NCBI GenBank assembly: GCA_964035545.1
Contig: OZ037765.1
Coordinates: 11,294,698 to 11,358,697 of the forward strand
Source: Bugula neritina
Lineage: Eukaryota > Animalia > Bryozoa
Length of the DNA stretch: 64,000 nt
Direction of reading: 5' to 3'
The notes below the pieces were generated by a model. That model had not been told where the DNA came from. It searched no databases and was given only the letters and a program-made list of their open reading frames with translations. This document shows, in pieces, positions 1 to 13,163 of the stretch. The position numbers were made by a program, and so were the translations under genes. Numbering within the stretch: the stretch's first letter is position 1; each line of letters begins with the position of its first letter.

Positions 1-235
1 TCTAAATTTGATGTTTTTTATATTACTAAAACTCAGTGTGATAGAGTTTTGGTATTGGTAGTCATTAATAATGATTTTTTTATATATGTAATTAAAATGT
101 ATTATATGAACTTGCAGAGTGTAACGTTGACTCTACCTAAAAAGTTTTTGGTAATGCATCAACTGATACACATGCTGGTGGTAATCAGGTCTTCGATTTA
201 AAATGCACAAAAAATAAATTTATTGACCATATTTT

Positions 236-335
236 TTTCTGACATTACCAATGACCCAGCTGGGCTTTGAACTAATGGCCTAGTGCAATGGGTGGTGTTG
301 GTCAGTGTTGCACCAACTGGACTATAGCTGTGCCA
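236..335 (-). mobile_element. Diverged SINE copy related to the 5.3-kb element
   Basis: Minus strand AGTTCAAAGCCCAGCTGGGTCATTGGTAATGTCAGAAAA parallels GGTTCGAGCC...CATTGGTGATGTTAGGAAG. Confidence 0.45.
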
Positions 336-2183
336 GAATTCTGTTCTAGTCTTTAAGTTAAATTTTTATTTGAATTTTAACAATTATACCGCTATTAGAA
401 ATTTTGACTCTGTGAAAATGCTGAAAATTTTTTTCTAATTTGTAATTGCCTGAAAAGTTATGCGCAAACAGTAGTTGAGTACTTTAAACAATGATTACGT
501 TGCGTTTTGACTTGGTGCTTTTTTGAGAGCAAAAATCTAGTTATCAAGAAATAGGGGTAAATTTATTGAGGCTACCTATTTAAATAATAAAGCACTATTT
601 GTTGACTTTGTATGCAGAATATTGAAGAACTTGCATACTTGATTGGTACCATGCCAGTAAATTAGTTTTAATCAACATCTCGTAAATGGTAATTGGTAAT
701 ATGCACAATATAGTATTTAGTATGTCAGCAATGGCGCTATGGACCCCTTTTTTTAACTTTTCCAAGTATAATACGGCTAATGCATAATTTTTTTGTACTT
801 TATAAACTTCAAAACACTAGGAATGCTATTGAAGCTTTTGAAATGGTAGGAGAAAGATTTGTAAGCAATAATGAGCTTTTCAACTTTGAAAAAGTACTAT
901 TAAATTGAAAGCTTATAAATATAAACCTTTGGCTATGGCAATGGATTTATAATTAATGATTATAACGCTATCAAGACCTAACTTCAATTTAGGTATTTTT
1001 CGAATTGAGCAATAATGTACGACCAATTCAACTAGCATTGGTACGTTCTATTCCTATCAAGGTGCTGGTAATTCAGGTAATTATTATGTGACTAAAATTT
1101 TCATAGTAATTTTATTTTGAAAAAATTTGTAAGGTATATTTACAGAATAATAGTTAATATAAAATTGGTTTGTTGGAATACTATTTATAATCTACTTGAT
1201 GAAACTTAGATTTAGTTTTACCAATTCATTTCAGCCTTTCTTTAGTTTGGTGCAGTGTTCATAGACCACTTTTTATAAGTTTGTTGAGAAAACATAAGCG
1301 AAATCAAGCAACATCATCATTAGCTGTTGGTTTTTAGTAGAATAAGATTAAAATGCATAATATAATGAAATAAATAAACATTCAGCCAAAAATAGTTGGT
1401 GCATTTACTGTTTTTTTCTTCTATGTTTCAGTAGCTGCAATGCATCAGTGACTGTTATATATTAGCAGTTGTAGTGTACCAGTAACTGTAATGCACCAGT
1501 AATCGGTATTAATTGGTTTAAGTTTCGAAATTATTGGCCTTTAGAAAAACATAAGTCTAGAAGTGACCTACTTGTTATGGGTATAAAATCCCTTAATATG
1601 TAAGCACCAGCAGTTGACAGAGCCGTGGTCATTCTGGTTGGCACCGAGATAGGCTTATGTCAAGGTGCATCACTCTAAAGGCCAAGTCTAGTTCATTGAC
1701 CTACTGTGTGTGATTAATTAAAAGTATTGGAATGTTTTTTACAGGTTATTCGTTCAAATTTTTCTATTTTAGTATAAAATTCATATGCTTTGATTGCAAA
1801 GCTGGCATCATTATTTACAAAAACAGGCTGTTCTTGCCTCACCCAACAGAGGTAATATTATTTAATGATTGACATTTTTCATTAATTATAATTTCCTAAT
1901 GTGGAAAATATTGAAAGGGGAAAATTTTTGTTTCAGAAACATGGGAATTTTTATTATTAGAGAATATTAAAATAAAAATTTGGCTCTTATTTGTGTTTAC
2001 TAGTCACTGCCAACAACTACTCAGCATTGCTAAGTTTAATTTCTGGGTTTTTTTGTACGATTTCTGCCATAAATAACATTTCTTAATTCCATGAATTAAG
2101 CACATTTCTCATTTGTGCACAAATAATTGTTAAGTTTGTTTTAAGAATCCTCTTTATATTCTTTAGTTGTTGTAGATAAAAAT

Positions 2184-5100
2184 ATGGGTGATGTGGCTCC
2201 ATTGACTATCCTAGTGAAAGCTCCAAACTTGAAAGCTGAAGATAAAAGAGTAGCGTGTGATAGATCATGGAGTGTGAGACAGCTTAAGGAGCACCTGTCA
2301 ACTATTTACCCCGATAAACCTGTTAGTGTCTGCCATTTACATTTTGACATCTCAACGCTTGGAGTCACTAATGTATATTCATGAAATTTATGTAATCTGT
2401 GTCTTGGAAAGCATACTGACTTGGATAATATTTTTGTTCATAAATTTGTAATTACTAATACTGGTATGTAGACTGTAGGGCTTGCAAAGTTTATGAGTTG
2501 CTCACACAGTTTTAGTTTGCTGCCAAGTTATCATCTATTTATTATTTCTAAATACCTTAAGTTACAAAATTGTTTGTATGATTTTATAGTATGTATATTT
2601 AATGCTAAGCCCGTATATGAAACATCGAAGATACGTGGCTGCCAAGCTGACAATATTTTAATATTTTGTAGTGTCTTCGGTATTAATTTTTAAGTTCTCT
2701 GTTGTCAGTATATTTGGTTTAACATGCGGCAAACTAAATACTAAATGCATGATTTATTATTTACATTTTATGACAGATAATCTCTTTTTTATTTTATGAC
2801 AAAAAATTTGCTCTCTAGTTTGCATAATATTTGGTTTTGCATGTCAAATTTTACTCAGTACAGCCTAATTTTAGCAAAACATGGAATATACTTTGTAATG
2901 GATCTCAAAATTATTTAGCCATAGACTTCCTAAAGTTTGTTAAACATAATAATGTTTTAATTATTTGCTCCATTGTTAATGTACAACCATCCACTTGCTA
3001 AATAATTGCCTATATACTTTAAAATGTAAGATTAGCAGATAATTTACATGCTCTGCCTAATTGATGGGTTGCCTTGCTGTTGACAACATGAGTTTGAATG
3101 CATCGGTTTTTGTATTTTTACAGCCAAAAAATATTCAAAAGCTGGTTTATTTTGGAAAACTTTTAAAAGATGATTCTTTTCTCCGAGAAGTGTTAACACA
3201 AGTAAGTATTACATTAAACAGTTGTTACATTGTAAATACTCTTGGTTGTAACATGTTTATAGCTGTCATTTATCTTGCTGGAGATCTGCCAAAAATATTT
3301 TAATAGGTCGGCCCTGTTCACCAGTAAAGTTAATTGCTTTAACCTCAAAAATACTTTAAATTTTATGAAGTGAAAATTTTAGGTAATTTGATTTCGCAAA
3401 AGATTCGTTGATAATTTATTATAGCTGACTCATGATGAGTAGTATTATCAGATACGGAAAAGTTTAATCACTTGTGTAAAGATTAAAATATATTTTTATT
3501 ATTCATAGCCTTACAGTGCATAATTGGGCCTCGTTGCATCTAACCAGTACTTGTGGTGATTTTGATTATTTTTATTAGTGCTGTTTTCTTATAAGCCATT
3601 ACAAATTATAAATATAATTTATCAGGAAATTCATAATAATTATATACATAGTTGCCAGCTATTATTATTGCTGGGAGTATATTCAGTGCATTGACTAACT
3701 TTCTCAACAAAGAATTATTTCATAAACACTGCCTTAATGTCAGTGATGGGTTTCTCATTTAAGAATGACTCAGCTGCTTCACTGTTATTTATGTTGTAGG
3801 ATTGCTATGATAATATTCATACTGTACACCTTGTTTGCCCAGCACAGTTTGCACCAACTGATAATGAAGTCAAACCCCGGTCAAGCTATGTACCGCAGCA
3901 GGTTGGTTTAATCAAATGTTCAACTAAATAAATTTTCTAATTTAGCAGCACTAAAAACAAATACCCTTGGTAAATAAAGGTGAGTCATTTATACAATTCA
4001 TACAGTTGTATAATATAGTTGCAATATTTCTTTAAAAAATAAGCATAATTTAATGCTTTGTATGTTTTGGTTGAAAGTTTCTGGCAAAGTATCATGTTAA
4101 GCATTATGTGTTCTTGGGGCCAAAAAGCCGAGTGGCATGCATTTGTGTAGATTTCGTCATATTTTGATTTAAGATATCCTGGAAAAATGGTCAATTTCTT
4201 ACAGGATGTGTGTGTTTGTTGGCACTTGACCTAAATATTCTAGATACATTATAATAAATTATATGTAAATGATAATGTAATCTGTCACATTTCATAATCT
4301 TCTCACGAAACTGGTGTTGGGAAATTATAATTGCCCCATTTTTTATATTCATCCATCTTACCTTTTTAAAAGTTTGGCATAAAACACCTAAAAACTTGAC
4401 AGAATAATTTTTTTCTGGAAATTAAACTTGGTATGAGTTTTTAGTATATATGACTGTATTTTAGGTATCGAGTCAGCCGACAAATCAGGTTCGCCATAGA
4501 TCCTCGGCAGCGGGAGCAATGTCCTCAAACCAAAACACGCCTTCACAAAGGTCAGGGCAAAGTCAGCAAACTCCTGCTACTGACTCTGTATCTTCGTTTC
4601 ATTGGAACAGCAGGTATAAATACTTGATGTTACTATTGATAGAGCTGAGGGTCACCCCCTGCTGGTGGTTACATTTATGGTTTATGTTTTTATCTTCATT
4701 GCAAATTTTTAGTTGAAAAAATCCCAAAGTTTTTGGCTCACCAAATGTCACACGACAGGAGTGGTAAAAATAAATTATAAAATGACCTTTCTGTTTTGTC
4801 ATATCGGCTTAATAATGCATAAATACAAGTGTAGTTTTAATAAAATGTCACTCCCTAGCTGAAATAATATTTGCTCAGTTTTTATCTAGGGCTATCTATA
4901 AGCATATTGATTATATATGCTTGTTAGGAATTTTACCCATGTCTATAAAGCCATAGAAAATAATTGTAATTTATATTCAGGAAAATTGGTCAAGCTTGAA
5001 AATTATACTTCAGACTTCTGACTTGCCAATTTAGTTGAACTTTGCTGACCAAAGGTTTTGCATAAACTTAGTGAGAATTGCTGTGTTTGGCATGTCAATG

Positions 5101-7270
5101 TTTCGTGTGTCAAGAGCCTTAACTGACCAACGAGCCAATAAGTTACTTCCTGTTGATATATATTTGCTTTTTGGTCAACACTGCCAGTACCTTTTATACT
5201 ACCTCAACCTTATATAAAAAAAAACTCAAACAAGTTTATAGTTACTATCCTTGTGAGAAACCCCTGATGGAAAAGGCATTTTTAAACGAGCTAAGGACTT
5301 ATTCAGGTGTGGCACATGGGCAAATAAGACTAGATGCTCTTCCTAACATCACCAATGGCCTTTGTCCGGCTCGAACCCATGACTTCGTGCTTACTAAGCC
5401 ATGCGCTCTAACCCCTAGACCACGGCTGCTACTGTATCTCAATCTTATATAATTGCTGTCTAAAACAAACTCAAGTTCTACCAAAATCATAGGCTGGTTT
5501 CTTTTTATGTATTTATAAGTTGTAGCTTCTGGGCTCATATGCAGACCCCTCAAACCACGCTTACTCCACAGCAGAGGCTTTGGGCTCAAATGTGTCAGCA
5601 GCATTGCAACATGTACAACCTTCAGTGAGTTTGCCTATTTTCTTCATCAGTTAGTGTTTTTTGGCAAATGTGTTTCACATTGTCTACCATGTGCTCAAAT
5701 AAAAATATTTAATTTTTTATAAAATAAATAGTAATCTAAATAATAATATTATCAATATTATTTTAAATGGCAACTAACTTTAATATCATTAGCAAAATTT
5801 GGCAATTATCACTAGTTTTCACTGAAATCATTTGCCACATTGAATTTTGGATGTCCTTGCCTTTCAACAGGAAATCTAATTCTTTTTCATAACAAGCAGA
5901 ATTGACTTTCTGCAAAATATTTGTCTTATATTTTATTATTTGAAATGTTGTAACACCTTGCTGGATAGCGAGCATGCCTAGTTTCAGAGTTAGTTTTGGT
6001 ATACATGCACATAATTTATATGACTGAGAGAACTGGGTGAGGAGATAGGCCAAGGAGACACTGGTATTATTGCTCTCAAAGTTCATTGGCCACCGTAACC
6101 TAAAGTTGACCTTCATAGAGCTTCTATGTCGGTAATAGTATTCTTGGAATGTAACTGATGAGCTTTTTCATAAATTACCTTTCAGTAGACGCAGGTTCAG
6201 AGACCTAATCCTATATACCACACATTTTAATTAAACTGATTTATTGATAATCATGAAGGCACTTGTTTAGTGCCTTCATGATTTATGGTTTTTCGAACTT
6301 CTGAGCTTATAAGGATTTGGTTGAAACTGTCTCATCAATTATTTATATAATATTGCATATTTATACAACAATATTTTTCAGCTTGCAATCTGTCGCCATG
6401 CAATACTATACTGCATCCACCACACCTACTGCTCACAATTCAGATGCTAACCAGCCTGAGGTGCCACAGGCGCAAGCTGCCGCCCCTGATGGTGATGATG
6501 TAGTACAACTCAATGCCCAGGGAGGTGTGCTATTAAATTTGTCAAGATATGTGTATTGTTTTCACTAGTTGTTTAATGGCGTCATCATTAAAAGGCAACT
6601 GTCATCAATTCAGCACAAATGAGTTTTACTATAGGTGTCAATCAAATCTTTAGCAAATTTTTGCTTATTCATTTTATTATACTGATTTATTCTGTTTTAA
6701 TTGTAATGGTTGAGACAAAGAAACGCTGCAGATTAAACACTGCTGAGATGGTTCAGGTCAAAATGTGTAATATTAGTGTGAAATACCATGAAGTTAATAA
6801 CATCCTGGACTGTCACTCACTGTCTAATGCATGTGATTTTTATTGATATTGTGAATGTGCTTCAATGATCTAGGTGTAGATGCTCAGGTGGGCCAGCGTG
6901 ACTGGCTGGATACAGTCTACAACTTTGCTAGATTTGGTATGCTTCTTGTGCTCCTCTATTTCTATACTACATTTGGAAGGTTCAGCATTGTCCTGCTCAC
7001 TGCAATTTTTTTCTACCTGTAAGTCTATCTAAACTTATCTAAACTTCTTGAGTTGTATAATTTCGATAATTGTAATTGAAATTTTCAATATTGTTTTTGT
7101 TAGCTTACATAACTGTATTTTTAATTATTTGATACGTCATTACAGTGTTCAGACTAACTTCTTCAGACTACAAAGAAGGAGGCCTGCTCCTGTCCACCCC
7201 CAACCTCCCCAGCATGAGCAGAATCAAGCGGAGAATCAGGTAAGGTGAAAATTTGGTACAAAGTGTTTTG

Positions 7271-7304
<34 letters not shown>

Positions 7305-7505
7305 GTTGGAGGAAATTATATTTTTTTGCAGAATAATGAGAACAATGAAAGAGCTAATGGAGGTCAAATTGCTACTGAACCTAACAACAATATACCTGTG
7401 ACAGGAACAACCTCATGGTTTGATGTGATTAAAGTTATATGTAATTTAGTGATGACATTTTTTACATCACTTATACCTCAAAATCCTGCAGCTGTTGCTA
7501 ATTAA
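2184..7505 (+). CDS. HERPUD: HERP family ER membrane protein with N-terminal ubiquitin-like domain (ERAD), 9 coding exons
   Basis: Exons 2184-2321, 3124-3201, 3800-3901, 4465-4613, 5520-5624, 6382-6524, 6874-7018, 7146-7239, 7332-7505 join in frame at GT-AG junctions. UBL 'LVKAPN...WSVRQLKEHLSTIYPDKP...QKLVYFGKLL...HTVHLVC', 'LNAQGG', 'RDWLD' followed by TM segments, and C-terminal 'TFFTSLIPQNPAAVAN' are HERP hallmarks. AATAAA at 7702 and 7725. Confidence 0.93.
5240..5430 (-). mobile_element. tRNA-derived SINE in a HERPUD intron
   Basis: Minus strand has A box TGGTCTAGGGG (5422-5412) and B box GGTTCGAGCC (5377-5368), no closable acceptor stem, and continues into a non-tRNA body (CATTGGTGATGTTAGGAAGAGCATC). 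Confidence 0.75.
7273..7302 (+). repeat. (AT)n microsatellite in the last HERPUD intron
   Basis: Direct reading. Confidence 0.95.
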
Positions 7506-8599
7506 ATTATTGCACCCGGTTTCAATATGATTTATTTTTGAAAAGGCTTTTTCTTTTGTTATTAGCATGAAATATCAGCTCTTTGTTCTGTATTGTATAT
7601 TTTTATTTGGTATGGTAATTTAATCATTATATACATTTCAATTGCTAAGCTGACCAACTGTAGTATTAAAGTGATTGCCATAAGCTGCAACCATTTTTAC
7701 AAATAAATGTTTTTTATTAAACTCAATAAAGTAAAGCATGCAAGAAAAGTTTTGATTTTGTTTCTGTAAGTGAACATTTCAGTTGTTTGCTCCTGTTTTG
7801 ACAGAGTGGATAACTCTTACTTAATGCAAATATTTTTCTTTATGAGTAATTTACAGAGTTGTGTTCCCAAAGCCCTTATAACAATAGTAACTGAAGTCAG
7901 GTTCTTATTGCTTCATATGAAAACTTTGTGCTGTGATCTCCATCATTTTCTTATTATGGTGGATTTTTTCAGGTATCCTATTAGGCTTTAGGCAGATGTA
8001 GTGATAGCACATTCTATTCTTTGAAGTATATTAGAGCCATTGGTTGTGTAAATAGTTTTATAAGATAATCCTAAACAACATGGAGTCATAAAATTTCTGC
8101 GTCCTTAATTTTCCTTTAGAGCAAGAGAATGTATAAAAAAAACTTTAAGCAGTCAAGTTTGTTTATTCTTGGTAGAGATGTGTACCTGTTTAATATGATT
8201 ATAAGCAACTAAAGCTACTACTGCTTTGATAACAAAAAGTCTGTAGCATTTGGTCTGTTACAAATTGAGGCATAAAGTGGAATATAAAACATCAGAAAAT
8301 TAAGAATCAAAGTATGTTGTTACATTGACAAGCTAATCGAACATAACATTACTGATAAAGTTTTAAACATAGCCTTGCTAGTATTACATACATTTTAATT
8401 ATATAATTAATATCACCCTTTGCTTGATAAAAAATATATAGTAATAGTTATAGCTCACTTAATAGGCAAATAAAATGATATTTACAAATTAATATGTACA
8501 ATAAGCAAAAGTATTATATAACTGTTGTGCAGTCTATTGTATTATACATATTTAATACAAGCTAATTCAACTTACTTACAACAAGTTACTTAATTCAAC

Positions 8600-8755
8600 T
8601 ATCCCTGCCCTGTGCACATAGAGTCATGGGTGTCTGCCAAAGACCAGACTTAGCATTTGTCATTTAATTCTGGCTTCACCTGGTTAGAGATCTCTTTTAA
8701 TCATGTCCTTCACCTGGACTTCAACCTCCCTCAATTTCTTTCTCTCAACTTACAT
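8600..8755 (-). mobile_element. 3' end remnant of an RTE-like LINE
   Basis: Minus strand reads roughly M*VERK-RN*GRLKSR*-DMIKRDL across frameshifts, resembling the RTE C-terminal 'EGKRPRGRPKxRWxDxIKRDL' pattern. Confidence 0.45.
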
Positions 8756-9581
8756 ATTGCTGCAGTGGCATATATTGTTTATGCATATAGCTACATGGTC
8801 TACTGCAGTACTATTTCTACATGATCAAGCACTGATAGCAACTGTAGATCTTTACAATATAGCTATAAAGTATTATAGCTATAACCAGCCTAGAATGTAG
8901 ATAATCTTAAGCTGCTGATCACTTAAAATTTGATTAGCTGGTGAGTAACACATTATATACAACTCAACAAGTATCTCATACACTTTTCTCCTATTATGTT
9001 ATAAGAACATAAGATCAATACATTCTGTTCTTTTAAAAGTTGGGCCATTTTCAATCTTTTATATCAAAAGATTCTAAGCATATAATTATGCTTGTGTGTT
9101 TATTAAAATATTTCATTTAAAAAACTGCCATTTCTAACTTTGCAGAGCATGACTTTCACTCACCAGGTAATTGCAGCACTGCACGATGCAGACGTATAAG
9201 TATTATTTACTTGTATTTTGGTCTAAATAAAGTAAGTTATTTTTACACGACTCCACAATGTATTCAACAAAAGCACTATCTCAATTGCAATTTTGCTGTT
9301 TGTTTGCAATAAAACACAAGCAGACTTTACCTGATTTACTAACACGAAGTATTTGTTCTCTTCTGTTAATAAGTAATGCATTGCAAAAATTGTAACCTAC
9401 AGATGTAGTTTATATATGGGATAAGTCCAATACTAAATCCGTGAAGTTATATTTTTAAGGGTGGATAACTCTGCAAACTATTCTGAATGCGATATAATCG
9501 TGGTAACTTAACCCGCCCTTTTACAAGTGACATATAGATCTCATATTCACATGGGGTTTCCGACACCGTTGCGCTAAGCTA

Positions 9582-9610
9582 ATTGGCTGAACTTAACGTT
9601 GCTTAGCGAC
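9582..9610 (+). promoter_or_regulatory. RFX X-box plus inverted CCAAT upstream of ciliary gene ODAD4
   Basis: GTTGCTTAGCGAC at 9598-9610 fits the X-box palindrome (GTTGCCTAGCAAC type); ATTGG at 9582-9586; about 150 bp upstream of the ATG. Confidence 0.7.
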
Positions 9611-9756
9611 TTCCCGTTACTTGAGTAAGTTTCTAAACCGAGCAACAGGTGGATCAGATAACAGCCATCGTCATTTTTCAAGTGAGCAAATATTGATCTG
9701 ATTTGTAATCACCTTTTTATTGTTTAATCAAGGATTGAACTTGATAATACTTAACC

Positions 9757-12700
9757 ATGTATGGTGGCGATGAAGGAAGTGATAATGGGCCTAAAGGTAC
9801 ATATGAGATTTACAGGGCAGAAGGTGATGCTCTTTTCAAACAAGGCAACTACAGGAAAGCAATCGAGAGTTACACATTGGTAGGTCACATCACAAATACC
9901 ACCTAGCAAAAGTTATTACTTTAGGGTTTTAATAAAACAAACACAATCACATTGCTTAATTAAGAGTATTGATAACGTGCTCACCGATGCAATGCTTTGC
10001 TTTTAGATTTTAAAAGCACTGTTACTAACAGTGTTTGCACACTTAGACTTACAGTTACACTGAATTCAAAGGATTGTTTTATTTCCAGTGACAGCAAATG
10101 AAAAGTTGGTTGTTGTGTTTGTTTTTAAAATTATGAGCTTATTGGTTAAACGTTTATCAAAGTTTTGCCAGGTTTTGTGCACTTTTTATACAAGTTATTT
10201 TTTTGTGCTAAAAGTTAGTAAAACTTATATTTAGGCCTTAGAGGTAAGAGAAGGTGATCGAGCCTGCTTAGTCGCGCGATCCAAATGTCATTTGCAACTG
10301 GGAGACAATACAACAGCTTTAGATGATGCTGAAACTTCTCTTGGAGATGACCCGGAGTACCATAAGGTAAGCTTAAATTCAGCGCTGGATCTCAGTCACA
10401 GCAAATTGAGTAAAGTTAGCTGGCTAGTCAAATATAGTTATAGTTCAGATATAATAATTTTGAGTCAAGTCCAAGTCAAATCAAGTAATCACGACTTGAT
10501 TCCTGTTAATGTGCATTATTATTTATTTAAACATGTAGATGCAATTTGATGAGTATTAATATACATTTAGCAAAATAAAAAGCAGATTACAATGTTACTG
10601 TCTTAAACCAATAATAATATAATATACATTTTTTCAGTAAGAACAAATTAATATTGATTATTGTTGACAAAAAATTGAGTAAATTTTATTAGATCAATAA
10701 AAACACTTCTGATTTAACCAAGTCATTCTGTGCTAAAATATAGATTATACAGATTTAGCTAGTCCAAACTATGACAAGTCAACAAAAACTATCAAATTTA
10801 ATAAAGTCAATTAAATGAACAAGTCAAAAAAGGTCAGTAACTTGAGCAAGTTAAATCAACAAAGGAATTTCAATACTCCAGTCAACAATGCTTAAGTAAA
10901 ACTGACCAGAACTCTACTCTGTGTGAATTTTGTTAAGTAGCATGCATATGTATTGTCTTACAAACTCTATACACTTTTATCAATAACGATAACATTTTGT
11001 ATCACAATCACAACAGTTGTATTTTTACTTTGTGGGTTTGTATTCCTGAAATATAGTGTGCTATAGTATTATTATATATTTTGTGCTCTAAAACAAATAT
11101 CTAGATTACTATTTGACATGCACATATTAGCTTTAAAAATGAAACTAATAAATATTAAAATATAGTTACTAATCTTTTACCTTTCAAATTTGTATCTGGT
11201 GAATATAATATGTCAATACTTTTGGAAGAAAAATCATAACATGGAAATTGTATACACTTATAGGCATTTTTGGATTAATGAATAACCGGCATAGCTTGTA
11301 CACTTTATAGGACAAATAGGTTCATAAAGTAAAAACCAATTTGGTAACAACTCCAAATAAAAAATCATAAAACAATAAATCAACATGTTGTTGTGAATTG
11401 GTTAGAAACTGCAAGTCTCTTGTGTAACGACAAAGTTCATGTACAATTTTTAGGGGATTTTTGCAAAAGCAGAAGCTTTATATTGCAAAGGAGAATTCGA
11501 ACTAGCGCTTGTATTTTATCATCGAGGAAACAAACTACGCCCTGAGCTGCAAGAATTCAGATTAGGAATACAAAAGGCACGAGAAGCAATTGAAAATTCT
11601 GTTGGCAGTAAGTATAATAATGGCTTTCGTGATATTTTCTAAGTATTTTGACATGTTGAAAAATAATCCAAACTAATAATTGTGTTCACTATAATGTAAT
11701 ATAATTTATTGATGCATTTGAACTACTACTTACTCATAATTTGAAAACAATGCTAGATATTCATACGTTATATATTTTCCGACAAAATATAATCTAAAGT
11801 ATTTGGTATTTATACACTAAATTTTATTACCCTGGAAGTAAAAAGCATACCATAAGCAAATCTAAGCTTTCATACGGCAATACTGAATATGTTATTTTTA
11901 TCTTTTTCAGCTCCTCAAGCTGTCACACTAACCAAAGATGGAGATCTTTCATTCTTCTCTAAACAGGATGAGGTGTGCAGTGCTTTACATTTTTATAATC
12001 TCAGTCAAACAACCATTTTTTAAGTTAGATCATGAGACAAGATGGGTACAACGTTATTTTCTTTATGTAGAAAACAAAACCTAAAAAGCCTGGAGCTTCA
12101 TTTACCTATGGACGGGCTACTGTACAAAGTGAGCAAAAGAAACGTCCTCCACCAAAGTCTGGCACAGACAAAACAGTTAAACAGTTACTCGGCGAACTCT
12201 ATGGAGATAAAGAATTTTTAGAGAAAATCCTCAAAGAAACTGGTAATAAATAACATGGCACTTGGGAACAACTGTGCTGGTTTTCAGTCCTTACATACTT
12301 TTTTAAAAATAAAGTTATAGAAATGTTGAGATTTTATTTGCATACATGTTCTAGAAACTAGTGAATAATGTATTGTGGCATTTTTTTCCCATTTCTGATG
12401 TTAAATTTGTGTACTTTATGAATGCAAAATATGTTACGTTCATTAATAAAGTGAATGGGTTTACATTACATGAGCTAGTTGCTTTTAAAGCTCATCATCA
12501 CAACTTTAAACTGAACTTTAAAATAAGAACTTATGCTGATTCAAAAATGGCAGTTGCGAGTTTTTATATACCGTTTCATATTGTAGATACTTCATCAAAG
12601 AACGGGCAGCAGATCTATGACTTGGCGTGTGACGGACTCCATTATTTAGATACGAGAACAGACTTTTGGAGACAGCAGAAGCCCATGTATTCAAGAAAAA

Positions 12701-13113
12701 GGGAAAAGCAGGAACGATTGCGAGGAAAGCAGAAGAAAGGAAACCACGAGAGTTATGTCATAAACCAATTGGAAAGAATTGATCGGGGTATAGTAAACTG
12801 TCTCTCTTACTGTTTGTTTTTTCTGCTTCACTTTATCTAAATGTAAATATTTTCATTTACAAGGTTAGCCTTGTTAGACCTTTGCTATTGTTTCACAATT
12901 AAAATATTTTAATCAAAGGTTTTTTACAACATTTATAGTTCTTGAGGTTATCAGACCCAGAACCTAAACTATGCCAGACACTCATTCATAACAAACTTGA
13001 TTGAATCAAAACTTTTATTTTTACAGTAACATATCTGCTAGTATATTGTTATACATGTTTAATCTGAGTTATAATGTAACTTGTCTTACACACACACACG
13101 CACACGCACACGC

Positions 13114-13163
<50 letters not shown>

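Noticed and set aside
3433-3520. C box ATGATGA in a HERPUD intron
   Set aside because: No CTGA D box at a suitable distance and no terminal stem.
5355-5430. tRNA gene
   Set aside because: A and B boxes present but no acceptor stem pairing or terminator, and it runs into a SINE body.
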